Source of the DNA: Spirochaetia bacterium
GTDB taxonomy: Bacteria; Spirochaetota; Spirochaetia; SZUA-6; Bin103
Length of the DNA: 64,000 nucleotides
NCBI GenBank assembly: GCA_965203515.1
Contig: OZ241907.1
Span: 1,856,001-1,920,000 of the forward strand
Direction of reading: 5' to 3'
Positions 38,548-47,614 of the stretch are shown here, one piece after another. Numbering within the stretch: the first letter of the stretch is position 1; every line of letters begins with the position of its first letter. Below the pieces are notes generated by a model that was given only the letters and a program-made list of their open reading frames with translations, had not been told where the DNA came from and did no database searches. The position numbers and the translations under genes were made by a program.

Positions 38548-41451
38548 TCAGCGTTCGGCGGCGATCTCCCGGCAGCGGCTTCCGGCCGGGACGGCGGCGC
38601 AAGCCCTGCCCTCCACCAGGCGCAGGCGTTGCCCGGCCGGCTGATTCTCCCAACGCACGCTGCCGCCGGCCGGCCAGTAGACCTCCACGCGGTCGGCGCG
38701 GGCGGCGTTGCCGAGCCCGAAGTGCACGGCCGGCGAGTTCTGCGAGTGGCCGCTCGATCCGCCCTTCACCTGCCGCTTCAGCACCCGACCGCCGGCGTGG
38801 ACCTCGACCACGGCGCCGATCGCGCTACGGTTGCTGCGCGTGCCGATCAGGTCGAGCTGCAGCGCCGTACCCAGCCGCACGGAGTCGTTGCGGAAGAGCT
38901 GCAGCGGTCCGTCCTGGTTGACGACCGCCACGTCGATGTCGCCGTCCCGGTCGTAGTCGGCGATGGCGCTGCCGCGGCCGTCCGGGACGCGGACGCCGGC
39001 CTGCCGGGCGACGTTGCGGAACGAACCGCCGCCTTCGTTCGAGAAGAACAGGTCGATCGGCGAACCGGCCATGGCGGCCACGAACAGGTCCTCGTCGCCG
39101 TCGTGGTCGGCGTCGAAGAAATTGACGCCCCAGGAGTCGTCGCCGGCCACGCCCGATCGTTCGGCGGCGTTGTCCGCGAACGAGCCGTGCGGGTGACCCA
39201 GATAGAGCACGTTCCCCCACGGCGGCTCCTCCAGCGGCGTGCCGCCGCTCCTCAGGTCGGAGATGTAGACGTCCCACGTGCCATTGCCGTCGACGTCGGC
39301 CGTGTCGATGCCCATGCCGGCCTGCGCGTCGTCGCCGATCCAGGGCCAGTCGCGAAACACCTGCGTGAACGAGCCGCCGGCGTTGCGGAAGATCTGGTCG
39401 ACGTGGCTGGTGCGGTTGGCGTAGTCGCCCGCTACGTTGACTACGTACAGGTCGGGCCACAGGTCGTCGTTCAGGTGGGCGCCCAGCACCAGCAGCGCGC
39501 CGCGGTAGGCGGTGACGCCCCGGTACAGGCCGGCCGCTTCGGTGGCGTCGGTGAAGGTGCCGTCGCAGTCGTTGCGGTACAGTCGATCGCGGTTGGCGGC
39601 CGACCCGGGCGCGTTGATCACCAGATGGGCGACGTACAGGTCGACGCAGCCGTCACGGTCGTAATCGAGCCAGGCCGCCGCCTTGGAGCGATGTCCGGGC
39701 AGCGCGCCGTAGGGCGTGTCAGCCAGGTCGTCGACGCCGGCGGCGGCCGCCGCCTCGACGAACAGGGGGCCGCCGGCCGGTATGGCGAATCGGTGCTCCG
39801 CCAGGAGGTTGCGCAGCAGCAGGTTGGGCGGGCCGTCCGGCCGGTTCTCGCCGTGCAGGGACCATTCGACGTTGTCGGTGTAGACGTAGATGTCGAGGTC
39901 TCCGTCGTTGTCGTAGTCCGCGAACACCGATCCCGACATTTCGGTGGCGGGAAGCTCGGGCAGCAGGTGGTGCGCCGCTTCGAAGCGGCCGCCGCCCAGA
40001 TTTCGGTACAACCGCGGCGGATAGTCCGGGTCGCCGCCGACCGCGAACAGGTCGGGCCAGCCGTCGGCGTCGACGTCGATCCAGTTGACGCCCAGGCTGT
40101 GCGTGGAGCTCGAGAAGAAGCGATCGCCGCCGACGCCCGCCGCGGCGGCGACCTCGGTGAAGCGGATCGGCGTGTCCGCCGTCCCGGCCGCATCCGGTGC
40201 GGCCGGTTCGAGCCTCGCCGCCGGCATGGCGGCCGGCGTCCGCAGAGCGGGCGTCTGCTGCGGAAGCAGCCGGCTCGCTCCCAGCACCGCCATCCCGCCG
40301 GCCATCGCGATCGCCCACGTGCCCAGCGCGTAGGCGCCGACCCCCCTCCAGCGCAGCGTGCCCAGCAAGCCCCAGAAGGTGATCGGCCCGCCCGCCGCCG
40401 CCGCGAACAGCAGCGTCGCGGCCGGGGCGGTACCGGCGCCGAGCAGCAACAGCAGCGCCGCCAAGGGAATCTCGAACAGCAGCGGCACGTTGATCAGGAC
40501 CCCGATCGTGGCGGCCACGGCGATACCGGTCACGCCGTCGCCCAGGAATGCGTCGACGGTATCGGGACGGAGGAACTGGATCGCGGCGCCGCTCGCAAAC
40601 CCGGCCAGAACCATGATCGGCCCCATGCGGATGACCATGCGGCCGGTGGCGCGCGCCCACCGCCGCAGACCGTCGGTCAGCTCCGCCGCCCAGCCCGGGT
40701 CCGGTTGGGCCGCCGGCGGCCCAACCGGGTCGCACGCGGCCGGCTGCGCGGAGCCGCCCGCCACCCGCGCCACGAGCGGACCGAGCGCGAAGGCGGCGGC
40801 CAGCCCCAGCAGCACGCGGCTGGCGCCCAGCAGCGGCGAGAACACGACGGCGATCATCAGCAGCGAAGGCAGGTTGAGCGTGGCCGATCCGTGCACGAGC
40901 GCCAGCGCGCCCTCGATTCCCAGCCCGCGCCGGCGAACGGCGCCGGACACCGGCACGACGCAGGCCGAGCAGAGGTTCACCACCGGGCCGATGCCCAAGC
41001 CCTTGAGGATGCGGCTCACCGGACCGGCCGGCGCGCGGCGCGCGGCGCCGGCGGGCGCCAGGAACGCCTCGGCGATGCCGCCGGCCAGGAACGCGAACGC
41101 CATGCCGACCGCCACCAGCCGCAGATAGGTGAGGGAGAACCGCCACCAGCGGGTGACGAAGCCCGACTGCGGTTCCGCCTCCACGCAGAATCCCTGGAAG
41201 CACTCCGCGGTCGGCGCCAGCGCGGCCTGCAGGTCGGCGCGTACGGTGTCGAGCTTGGGCAGGCGGTTGAAGGCGGCGAAGGGCAGCAGGATGGCCAGCA
41301 GGAACGCGATGCCGATTACGCGCCGCCGGCCGGCCGGCCGGGCGACGGCGGTGCGGATGCTGCCGAGGAGTGGCAGCCGCCGCGCGCCGGAGATCCGCCC
41401 GCCGGTTGCGGTTGCGGCCAGCTTGCGCCACATCGCCTCCGAGATTAGCAT
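38548..41451 (-). CDS. Fusion of DUF318/ArsP-like permease and FG-GAP/ASPIC-UnbV domain
   Basis: N-half multi-TM with NLCSACVVP and LINVP; C-half DxDxDG repeats and NRSAIGA...VHFGLG...VYWP; single 967-aa frame. Confidence 0.8.
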   Translation of the reverse strand: MLISEAMWRKLAATATGGRISGARRLPLLGSIRTAVARPAGRRRVIGIAFLLAILLPFAAFNRLPKLDTVRADLQAALAPTAECFQGFCVEAEPQSGFVTRWWRFSLTYLRLVAVGMAFAFLAGGIAEAFLAPAGAARRAPAGPVSRILKGLGIGPVVNLCSACVVPVSGAVRRRGLGIEGALALVHGSATLNLPSLLMIAVVFSPLLGASRVLLGLAAAFALGPLVARVAGGSAQPAACDPVGPPAAQPDPGWAAELTDGLRRWARATGRMVIRMGPIMVLAGFASGAAIQFLRPDTVDAFLGDGVTGIAVAATIGVLINVPLLFEIPLAALLLLLGAGTAPAATLLFAAAAGGPITFWGLLGTLRWRGVGAYALGTWAIAMAGGMAVLGASRLLPQQTPALRTPAAMPAARLEPAAPDAAGTADTPIRFTEVAAAAGVGGDRFFSSSTHSLGVNWIDVDADGWPDLFAVGGDPDYPPRLYRNLGGGRFEAAHHLLPELPATEMSGSVFADYDNDGDLDIYVYTDNVEWSLHGENRPDGPPNLLLRNLLAEHRFAIPAGGPLFVEAAAAAGVDDLADTPYGALPGHRSKAAAWLDYDRDGCVDLYVAHLVINAPGSAANRDRLYRNDCDGTFTDATEAAGLYRGVTAYRGALLVLGAHLNDDLWPDLYVVNVAGDYANRTSHVDQIFRNAGGSFTQVFRDWPWIGDDAQAGMGIDTADVDGNGTWDVYISDLRSGGTPLEEPPWGNVLYLGHPHGSFADNAAERSGVAGDDSWGVNFFDADHDGDEDLFVAAMAGSPIDLFFSNEGGGSFRNVARQAGVRVPDGRGSAIADYDRDGDIDVAVVNQDGPLQLFRNDSVRLGTALQLDLIGTRSNRSAIGAVVEVHAGGRVLKRQVKGGSSGHSQNSPAVHFGLGNAARADRVEVYWPAGGSVRWENQPAGQRLRLVEGRACAAVPAGSRCREIAAER

Positions 41452-41495
41452 TGCCGCATCTGGTTCGAGCAGCGCTTCCGACGCGAGTGACGCGG

Positions 41496-43001
41496 GTGAG
41501 GGGCGCGGCTGCGCTGGCGGCCGCGGCCGTGATCGGGCTGGCCGGCTGTGGCGGCGACCGATCGGGCGGCGACGCCCGGACCGCCGCGGCGCCGCCGGTC
41601 TCCTTCCCGCTGGCGGAGCCGGTCACCCTGACCGCCGGCGTGCCGGAGTCGCTCCTCCCCGCGTCGGCCCGCCCCTCGTGGGAGGCGCTCCGCCGTCTCA
41701 CCAACGTCACGGTGCGGCCGGTCGTGGTCGCAGGCGCCACCGAGGCGGCGCGCCGCGGCCGGCTGGCGGAGCTGGCCGCCGTCGGTGAGTTGCCCGATCT
41801 GCTGGCCGAGGGAGTGGCGCCGCTCGACTCGATCCGCCAGCGGGAGTGGCTGGTCAACCTGCTCGAACGCCCCGAGCTCACGCCCCATCTGCACCGCCGG
41901 CTGGCCGAGCATGAGCGCTTCCGGCAGAGCACGTACGGCCGGCTGCTGGCGCCGGGTGAGCTCTACGCGCTGGGCGTGTTCGACGAAGGCGCCAGCCCGT
42001 ACCTGGGCGCCATCGCCTATCGGCAGGACCTGTTCGAGGCGCGCGGCCTGCAGGCCGGTACCTGGGACGAACTGCTGGCCTCGCTCCGCGCGCTCCACGC
42101 CGAGTTTCCGCAGAGCACGCCGTTCGCCGCCGCCTACCGGGCGCTGATGTTCCGGGCTCCGTCGTGGTTTCGCTCCGGCCTCGATGAACGGTTGGCCGCC
42201 TACCACCATCCCGAGCGGCGCGAGTGGCGGTTCGGGCCGTTCGAGCGGGAGTTCGAGGACTATCTGCGCTTCTTTCATCGTCTGGAGGCGGAGCGGCTGC
42301 TGGCGGCCGGCGCGCTCGATCCGCGGACCGCTTTGAGCGGTCCGGACCTGCTGCGCCTGCTCGGCGCGGAGCGCGCGTTCGTGATGCCGTGGGCCGGCCG
42401 CACGGGACCCGAGCTGGCCGGCTCGCGCGGCTCCGGCGCGCTGACCGAGGAGGGCGACTGGGACGGCGCCGGGGTCTGGATGGGGCCGATGCGGCTGCCG
42501 CGCACGCGCGGGCGGCGCGGCTGGATCGCGCCGTCCGCATGGAACGGCATCGCGCCGGGTTGGGCCGTGACCGCGGCCTCCGCGCACGCGGAGACGGCGG
42601 TGGCATTCCTCGATCTGTTGCTGGCGGACCGGGTGGCGCGCCAAGTGGCGGCGTTGCCGGCCGATGGGGGAGGAGCCGGCCGTCTGGACTTCGCGCTGTG
42701 GGTGGCAGGCCGGGACCACGCCGCCGACACGCCGGCGGCGCGGTACTTCGAGCGCCGCGACGCGGCGACCTACCTGGACGACGACGCCGTGATCCTGGAG
42801 CCATGGCCCGCCATCGACACGCGCAGCCGCACCTTCGTCGACGCGTTGGCCGGACCGCTGGTCGAGCACGTAGTCGTGGAGTCGGCGAAGTTCATCACCG
42901 GCGTCCGGCCGCTGACGCAGGTCGAGGCGTTTCGGCAGGAACTGCGCGACCGCGGCGCCGAACGCCTGATGAACTGGCTGACGCTGGGACGCGCGCGGTG
43001 A
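41496..43001 (+). CDS. Extracellular solute-binding lipoprotein (family 1-like, divergent)
   Basis: Lipobox LAGC, FPLAEPVTL, YRQDL, TWDELL, KFITG.RPL; start uncertain. Confidence 0.75.
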   Translation: MRGAAALAAAAVIGLAGCGGDRSGGDARTAAAPPVSFPLAEPVTLTAGVPESLLPASARPSWEALRRLTNVTVRPVVVAGATEAARRGRLAELAAVGELPDLLAEGVAPLDSIRQREWLVNLLERPELTPHLHRRLAEHERFRQSTYGRLLAPGELYALGVFDEGASPYLGAIAYRQDLFEARGLQAGTWDELLASLRALHAEFPQSTPFAAAYRALMFRAPSWFRSGLDERLAAYHHPERREWRFGPFEREFEDYLRFFHRLEAERLLAAGALDPRTALSGPDLLRLLGAERAFVMPWAGRTGPELAGSRGSGALTEEGDWDGAGVWMGPMRLPRTRGRRGWIAPSAWNGIAPGWAVTAASAHAETAVAFLDLLLADRVARQVAALPADGGGAGRLDFALWVAGRDHAADTPAARYFERRDAATYLDDDAVILEPWPAIDTRSRTFVDALAGPLVEHVVVESAKFITGVRPLTQVEAFRQELRDRGAERLMNWLTLGRAR

Positions 43002-44500
43002 GCGGCTCGGGGGCGAGCGGAGCGGGCGCCGGCCGGCCGATGCGGCGGCGCCCGCTCCGGGTACGGCTGGCGGCGCCGGCGGTGGCGGTCGCCGTCCTGA
43101 TCGCCGGCTACGCGCTGCTGTCCGGCCGGGAACCGGCCATGGTGGAAGAAGCCGGGACGGAACCGGCGTTGCCGCCGTTCTTCACCGGCGATCCGCAGGC
43201 GGTGGCGGCGATCATGCTGCATCACACCGGTCTGACGCTGCAGCGCCGCTCCATCCCGGAGACCAGCCCGGAGACCATCCCGGAGACGGATGCCGCGTTC
43301 GACTGGATATACCCGGCGGCGCCCGACGTTCCGCTGCGCGAGTCTCAGGTACTGCAGGTGGTCGAGGCGGCGATCGGCCTGCGTCCGTTGCGCGTCATCG
43401 CCGATGAGCCGGCCGATCTCGCCCCCTATCGGCTCGACGCGCCGCGCGGGCGCATGGAGTTGGTGTCGGCCGGCGGCGAGCGCCTGACCATACTGCTCGG
43501 CGCGCCGACGGCCACCGATACCGGCTATGCGATGGTGGAGGGCCGGCCGGCGGTCTACACGGTGAGCGCCGCCGCCGCGTACCTCCTGAGCCGCGCGCCG
43601 GCGGAGCTGATCGACGCCGCGCTGCCGACCTTCGAGCCGGTGCTGGTGCGGCGGCTGCGGGTGCGCGGCCCGCACGGCGAGCTGCGCGTGCGGTTCGACG
43701 CCTTCCACGACGCGTCGCAGGCGGCCGAGCGGGCCGCGTACCTGCTCACCGCCCCCTACGCCGCCCCCGTGCCGGTCGACGACGCCGCGCTGCGCGCGGT
43801 GCTGGCGCGGCTCCGCGAGGACCTGACCGGTGACGTGGCCGACGGGATCGTGGCCGAAGCCGCGGCGGACGATCCGGCGCTGGGATTGTCCGAGCCGACC
43901 TTCGAGCTGGAGGTCGAGGACGTCGACGGCGTCTATCACCTGCTGGTCGGTGCGCCGGCCGGCGCCCACCATCGCTACGCGGCGCTCGCCGGCCGGCCCG
44001 CGGTCTACCGGCTCGGCGACAGCCGCGTCGCGGCGCTGGACCGCCTCCGGCCGTTCGACCTCGTGGCGCGGGCGGCCGCCCCGGTCGACTACGACCTGGT
44101 GCGGGAAGTGGTCTTCACGGCGCGGGGCAAGAGCTACCGGATGACGGTCGACCGGGAAGGAGAAGGGATGCGCGCGCCGGTCTACCGGCTCGATCGGACC
44201 CCGCTGGCCGCGATCGACGCCGCCGAGCTGCTCGATCTCCTGAACGGCCTGCGGATGGAGGGCGATACCGCCGGCGGTGCGCCGGCCGCGGGACGGCAGC
44301 CGGTGCTGGAGATCACGTGGCGGCTCACCAAGCCGGAGCTCCCCGCATGGTCGATCGGGTTTCTGCCGCACGACGGCGATTTCTACGCGGTACGCCGGGG
44401 CGCCGGCGGCGCGGCGGCCCCGTTCCTGATCGATCGCCGCGCGGTAGACGCGCTGGCCGACCTGATCGCGCGGCTGGCCGGGAGCACGGCGACCGGCTGA
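42998..44500 (+). CDS. DUF4340 domain-containing membrane-anchored protein
   Basis: N-terminal TM; YRLDAP and LGLSEP repeats; similar to 30642-32027; GTGA overlap. Confidence 0.72.
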   Translation: MSGSGASGAGAGRPMRRRPLRVRLAAPAVAVAVLIAGYALLSGREPAMVEEAGTEPALPPFFTGDPQAVAAIMLHHTGLTLQRRSIPETSPETIPETDAAFDWIYPAAPDVPLRESQVLQVVEAAIGLRPLRVIADEPADLAPYRLDAPRGRMELVSAGGERLTILLGAPTATDTGYAMVEGRPAVYTVSAAAAYLLSRAPAELIDAALPTFEPVLVRRLRVRGPHGELRVRFDAFHDASQAAERAAYLLTAPYAAPVPVDDAALRAVLARLREDLTGDVADGIVAEAAADDPALGLSEPTFELEVEDVDGVYHLLVGAPAGAHHRYAALAGRPAVYRLGDSRVAALDRLRPFDLVARAAAPVDYDLVREVVFTARGKSYRMTVDREGEGMRAPVYRLDRTPLAAIDAAELLDLLNGLRMEGDTAGGAPAAGRQPVLEITWRLTKPELPAWSIGFLPHDGDFYAVRRGAGGAAAPFLIDRRAVDALADLIARLAGSTATG

Positions 44501-44503
44501 CCG

Positions 44504-45241
44504 TCACCCGCCGTCCGTGCCGCGTTCGCCCTTGACCGGCGCCGGCGCCTGCGTGACCGTCCCGTCCAGCTCCTCGATCCGCATGGCATCGAACGGAACG
44601 TTGGTCACCACGTCACCGGTCACGCCGCGCAGCGTCACGCGGCCCGTGATGGTCTGCACGCGCACTTCGCCGGAGCCGCCGTGCACGGCGATGTCGCCGT
44701 CGGAGGAGAGCAGCCACTTGCGGCCGCGGCTGTCGTACACGCGGGTGGCGCCGCGGCCGTTGGTGGTGAACAGCTCGGCCGTCACGCCGCGCACGATGAT
44801 GTCGCCCTCGAAGGTATAGAGGTCCGCGCTGGGCGCTTCCAGGTTCTGCAGGATCAGGTCTCCCGCCGCGGTGACCGCCACCGACACGCCGTGCGGCACG
44901 CGCAGGAGGAGCCGCGGATACCAGTCCATCGACGACCGCAGCACGCTCCGGTCGTTCGTGGCGACCTGCACGATCGTTCGGTGCGCGCCGTGGTCGGTGA
45001 CGATGGCCACCTCGTTTCGGCGGCGGACCCGGTCCGACATCACCGCCCGGCCGGCGATCGTGTCGCCGTCGTAGCCGGTGACGTCCAGGGAGAAGAAGGA
45101 GCCCTTGACGATCACCTCGGCTCGCGCCGGGACCTCGAAGCGCTCCTCGACGGCCGCCCCTTCGAACAGGCCCGCGGCGAACCCGTCGAACGAGCTCAGC
45201 AGCCACAACAGGCCGGCAAGCGTCGCTCCATGACCGCGCAC
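44504..45241 (-). CDS. DUF4097-like beta-strand repeat protein
   Basis: AGLFEGAAV, PRLLLRVP, repeated GDL/GDI units; paralog of 18398-19150; start uncertain. Confidence 0.65.
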   Translation of the reverse strand: MRGHGATLAGLLWLLSSFDGFAAGLFEGAAVEERFEVPARAEVIVKGSFFSLDVTGYDGDTIAGRAVMSDRVRRRNEVAIVTDHGAHRTIVQVATNDRSVLRSSMDWYPRLLLRVPHGVSVAVTAAGDLILQNLEAPSADLYTFEGDIIVRGVTAELFTTNGRGATRVYDSRGRKWLLSSDGDIAVHGGSGEVRVQTITGRVTLRGVTGDVVTNVPFDAMRIEELDGTVTQAPAPVKGERGTDGG

Positions 45242-45280
45242 CGGTCCCGGATTTGACAACGCTCCGGCCGGGTTTGCAAC

Positions 45281-46288
45281 ATGGCGCCGATGATCGGGTA
45301 CGTCAGCCGCCGGGTTCTGGTCATGATCCCGACGTTGATCCTGATCTCGATCATCTCCTTCATCGTCATCGAGCTGCCGCCGGGCGACATGGCGAGCGCC
45401 TACGTGGGACAGCTCGAAGACATGCGCGATCGCGTCGGCAGTCAGGAGGCGGAGGAGATGGTGGCCAACATACGGGCGCAACTCGGGCTGGACGCCCCGG
45501 CGCCGGTACGCTACCTCCGGTGGGGCGCGGCCTGGATCAGAGGGGACTGGGGCTGGTCCTTCCAGTGGCGCAAGCCGGTCCGCCAGGCGATCGGCGACCG
45601 CCTGGTCCTGACGGTGATGATCGGCCTGATCACGCTGCTCATCTCCACCTCCATCGCTTGGCCGGCCGGGGTCGGCGCCGCCATCCGGCAATACTCGCTG
45701 TTCGACAACGTGTTCAGCTTCATCGCGTTCTTCATGATGGCGATTCCCAACTTCCTGTTCGCGCTGCTGCTGATGTACGCGTCCTTCAAGCTGATCCGCT
45801 ACGTGCCGGGCGGCGTCTTTTCGAGCGAGTACGCGCAGGCTCCGTGGAGCCTTGCCAAGTTCATCGATTTCCTCAAGCACATCTGGATGCCGATCGTGGT
45901 CCTGGGCTTCGAGGCGATCGGCGGCGGCGTGCGCACCATCCGCGCCAACGTGCTGGACCAGTTGCGCATGCCGTTCGTCACCACGGCGCGGGCCAAGGGG
46001 GTGCCGGAGACCCGCCTGCTCATCAAGTACCCGATCCGGATGGCCGCCAATCCGTGGATCTCCGGCATCGGCTGGCTGCTGCCGGCGCTCGTCGGCGGCG
46101 AGGTCCTGGTCGCGCTGGTGCTCGGCCTGCCGACCATAGGACCGTTCCTGCTCGAAGGCCTGATCAATCAGGACATGCAGCTTGCCGGCGCCGTCATCAT
46201 GTTGATAGCGACCTTGACGGTGATCGGTACGCTGATCTCCGATCTGGCGCTCGCGCTGCTCGACCCGCGCATCCGGCTGGTGCAGTGA
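45281..46288 (+). CDS. ABC transporter permease, OppB/DppB type
   Basis: Close paralog of 11264-12262; TARAKG, LDPRIR; alternative start 45290. Confidence 0.93.
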   Translation: MAPMIGYVSRRVLVMIPTLILISIISFIVIELPPGDMASAYVGQLEDMRDRVGSQEAEEMVANIRAQLGLDAPAPVRYLRWGAAWIRGDWGWSFQWRKPVRQAIGDRLVLTVMIGLITLLISTSIAWPAGVGAAIRQYSLFDNVFSFIAFFMMAIPNFLFALLLMYASFKLIRYVPGGVFSSEYAQAPWSLAKFIDFLKHIWMPIVVLGFEAIGGGVRTIRANVLDQLRMPFVTTARAKGVPETRLLIKYPIRMAANPWISGIGWLLPALVGGEVLVALVLGLPTIGPFLLEGLINQDMQLAGAVIMLIATLTVIGTLISDLALALLDPRIRLVQ

Positions 46289-46290
46289 CC

Positions 46291-47472
46291 ATGGCGAGCG
46301 GCGGTCGCCGGCATACGCAGCAGGACCGACCGGCCGGCGCGGCGGGTGCGCCGGACCGGGCCGCGGCGCCGGACCGGGACGCGCGGGCGCGGGAGGCGTA
46401 CTTCAACGCCGGGCAGTTGAAGCTGATCTGGCTGAAGTTCAAGAGCCACCGATGGGCGCGCGCCGCGCTGGCGGTGCTGACGCTGTTCTACGTACTGGTG
46501 ATCTTCAATGGGTTCTTCGAGATCAACGACCCGGTCGAACGGCGCGCCGATTTTCGTTTCCTGCCGCCCGCGCGCATCCATCTGTTCGACCGGGAAGGCC
46601 GCTTCCGCCCGGTCGTCTATCAGATCACCAGCCAGCTCAACTGGGAGACCCTGGAGCGCGAGTTCACGCCCGACCTCGATACCGAGACGCCGCTGCGGCT
46701 GTTCGTGCGCGGTCACGAGTACGATCTGTTCGGCTTCATCCCCAGCACGCTGCATCTGGTCGGCACCGGCACGCCGGAGGTGCTCTGGTACCCGCTCGGG
46801 ACCGACAGCCAGGGTCGCGACCTGTTCTCGCGCATCGTGCGCGGCTCCGCCATATCGCTCACCATCGGCCTGGTCGCCATCGTCATCACCTGGGTGCTGG
46901 GAATCACCATCGGATGCATCTCCGGGTACTTCGGCGGCACCACCGACAACGTCATTCAGCGGCTGATCGAAGTCTTCATGTCCTTCCCGACGGTGCCGCT
47001 GTGGATGGCGCTGAGCGCCGCGCTGCCGCTCGACTGGGGCATCGTCCAGGTCTACTTCGCGATCACGCTCATCCTCTCCGTCTTCGCCTGGACGGGGCTG
47101 GCGCGCACGGTACGTAGCAAGTTCCTGGCTCTTCGGGAAGAGGAGTACGTGATGGCCGCCAAGCTGGACGGCGCGCCGGTCCGCCGGCAGCTCTTCCGGC
47201 ACATGCTGCCGTCGTTCGCCAGCCACCTGATCGTGGAGGGCAGCAACCGGGTACCGGCGCTGATCCTGGGAGAGACCGCGCTGAGCTTCCTGGGGATCGG
47301 CATGCGCGCGCCGGCGATCAGTTGGGGGGTGCTGATCCAGGAGGCGCAGAACGTCAGCGTGGTGGCGTTGCGCCCGTGGCTGCTCATTCCGGCGCTGATG
47401 GTGATCTTCACCGTGGTCGCCTTTCAGTTCCTGGGCGACGGCCTCCGCGACGCCATGGACCCGTACCGGTAG
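46291..47472 (+). CDS. ABC transporter permease, OppC/DppC type
   Basis: LGTDSQGRD, EEEYVMAAKLDG, GDGLRDAMDP. Confidence 0.93.
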   Translation: MASGGRRHTQQDRPAGAAGAPDRAAAPDRDARAREAYFNAGQLKLIWLKFKSHRWARAALAVLTLFYVLVIFNGFFEINDPVERRADFRFLPPARIHLFDREGRFRPVVYQITSQLNWETLEREFTPDLDTETPLRLFVRGHEYDLFGFIPSTLHLVGTGTPEVLWYPLGTDSQGRDLFSRIVRGSAISLTIGLVAIVITWVLGITIGCISGYFGGTTDNVIQRLIEVFMSFPTVPLWMALSAALPLDWGIVQVYFAITLILSVFAWTGLARTVRSKFLALREEEYVMAAKLDGAPVRRQLFRHMLPSFASHLIVEGSNRVPALILGETALSFLGIGMRAPAISWGVLIQEAQNVSVVALRPWLLIPALMVIFTVVAFQFLGDGLRDAMDPYR

Positions 47473-47614
47473 GCGCCGGGCGGCTGCTCGGCGCGCCGAC
47501 CTCACGGCGCGTGCGGCGGCGGTTGCGGTCGGGTCCCGGACGGGATACCCTTCCGGGCCGTTGCGCCGGCCGAGTCCCCGGCGACATCAGGCATCGAGCG
47601 CAAGGAGGAACGTT

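Noticed and set aside
25025..43290. Short in-frame duplications (VLGV x2 near 25025, IPET/SPET/IPET near 43254)
   Set aside because: Ordinary slippage in linkers or TM ends; frame-preserving with no shared motif.
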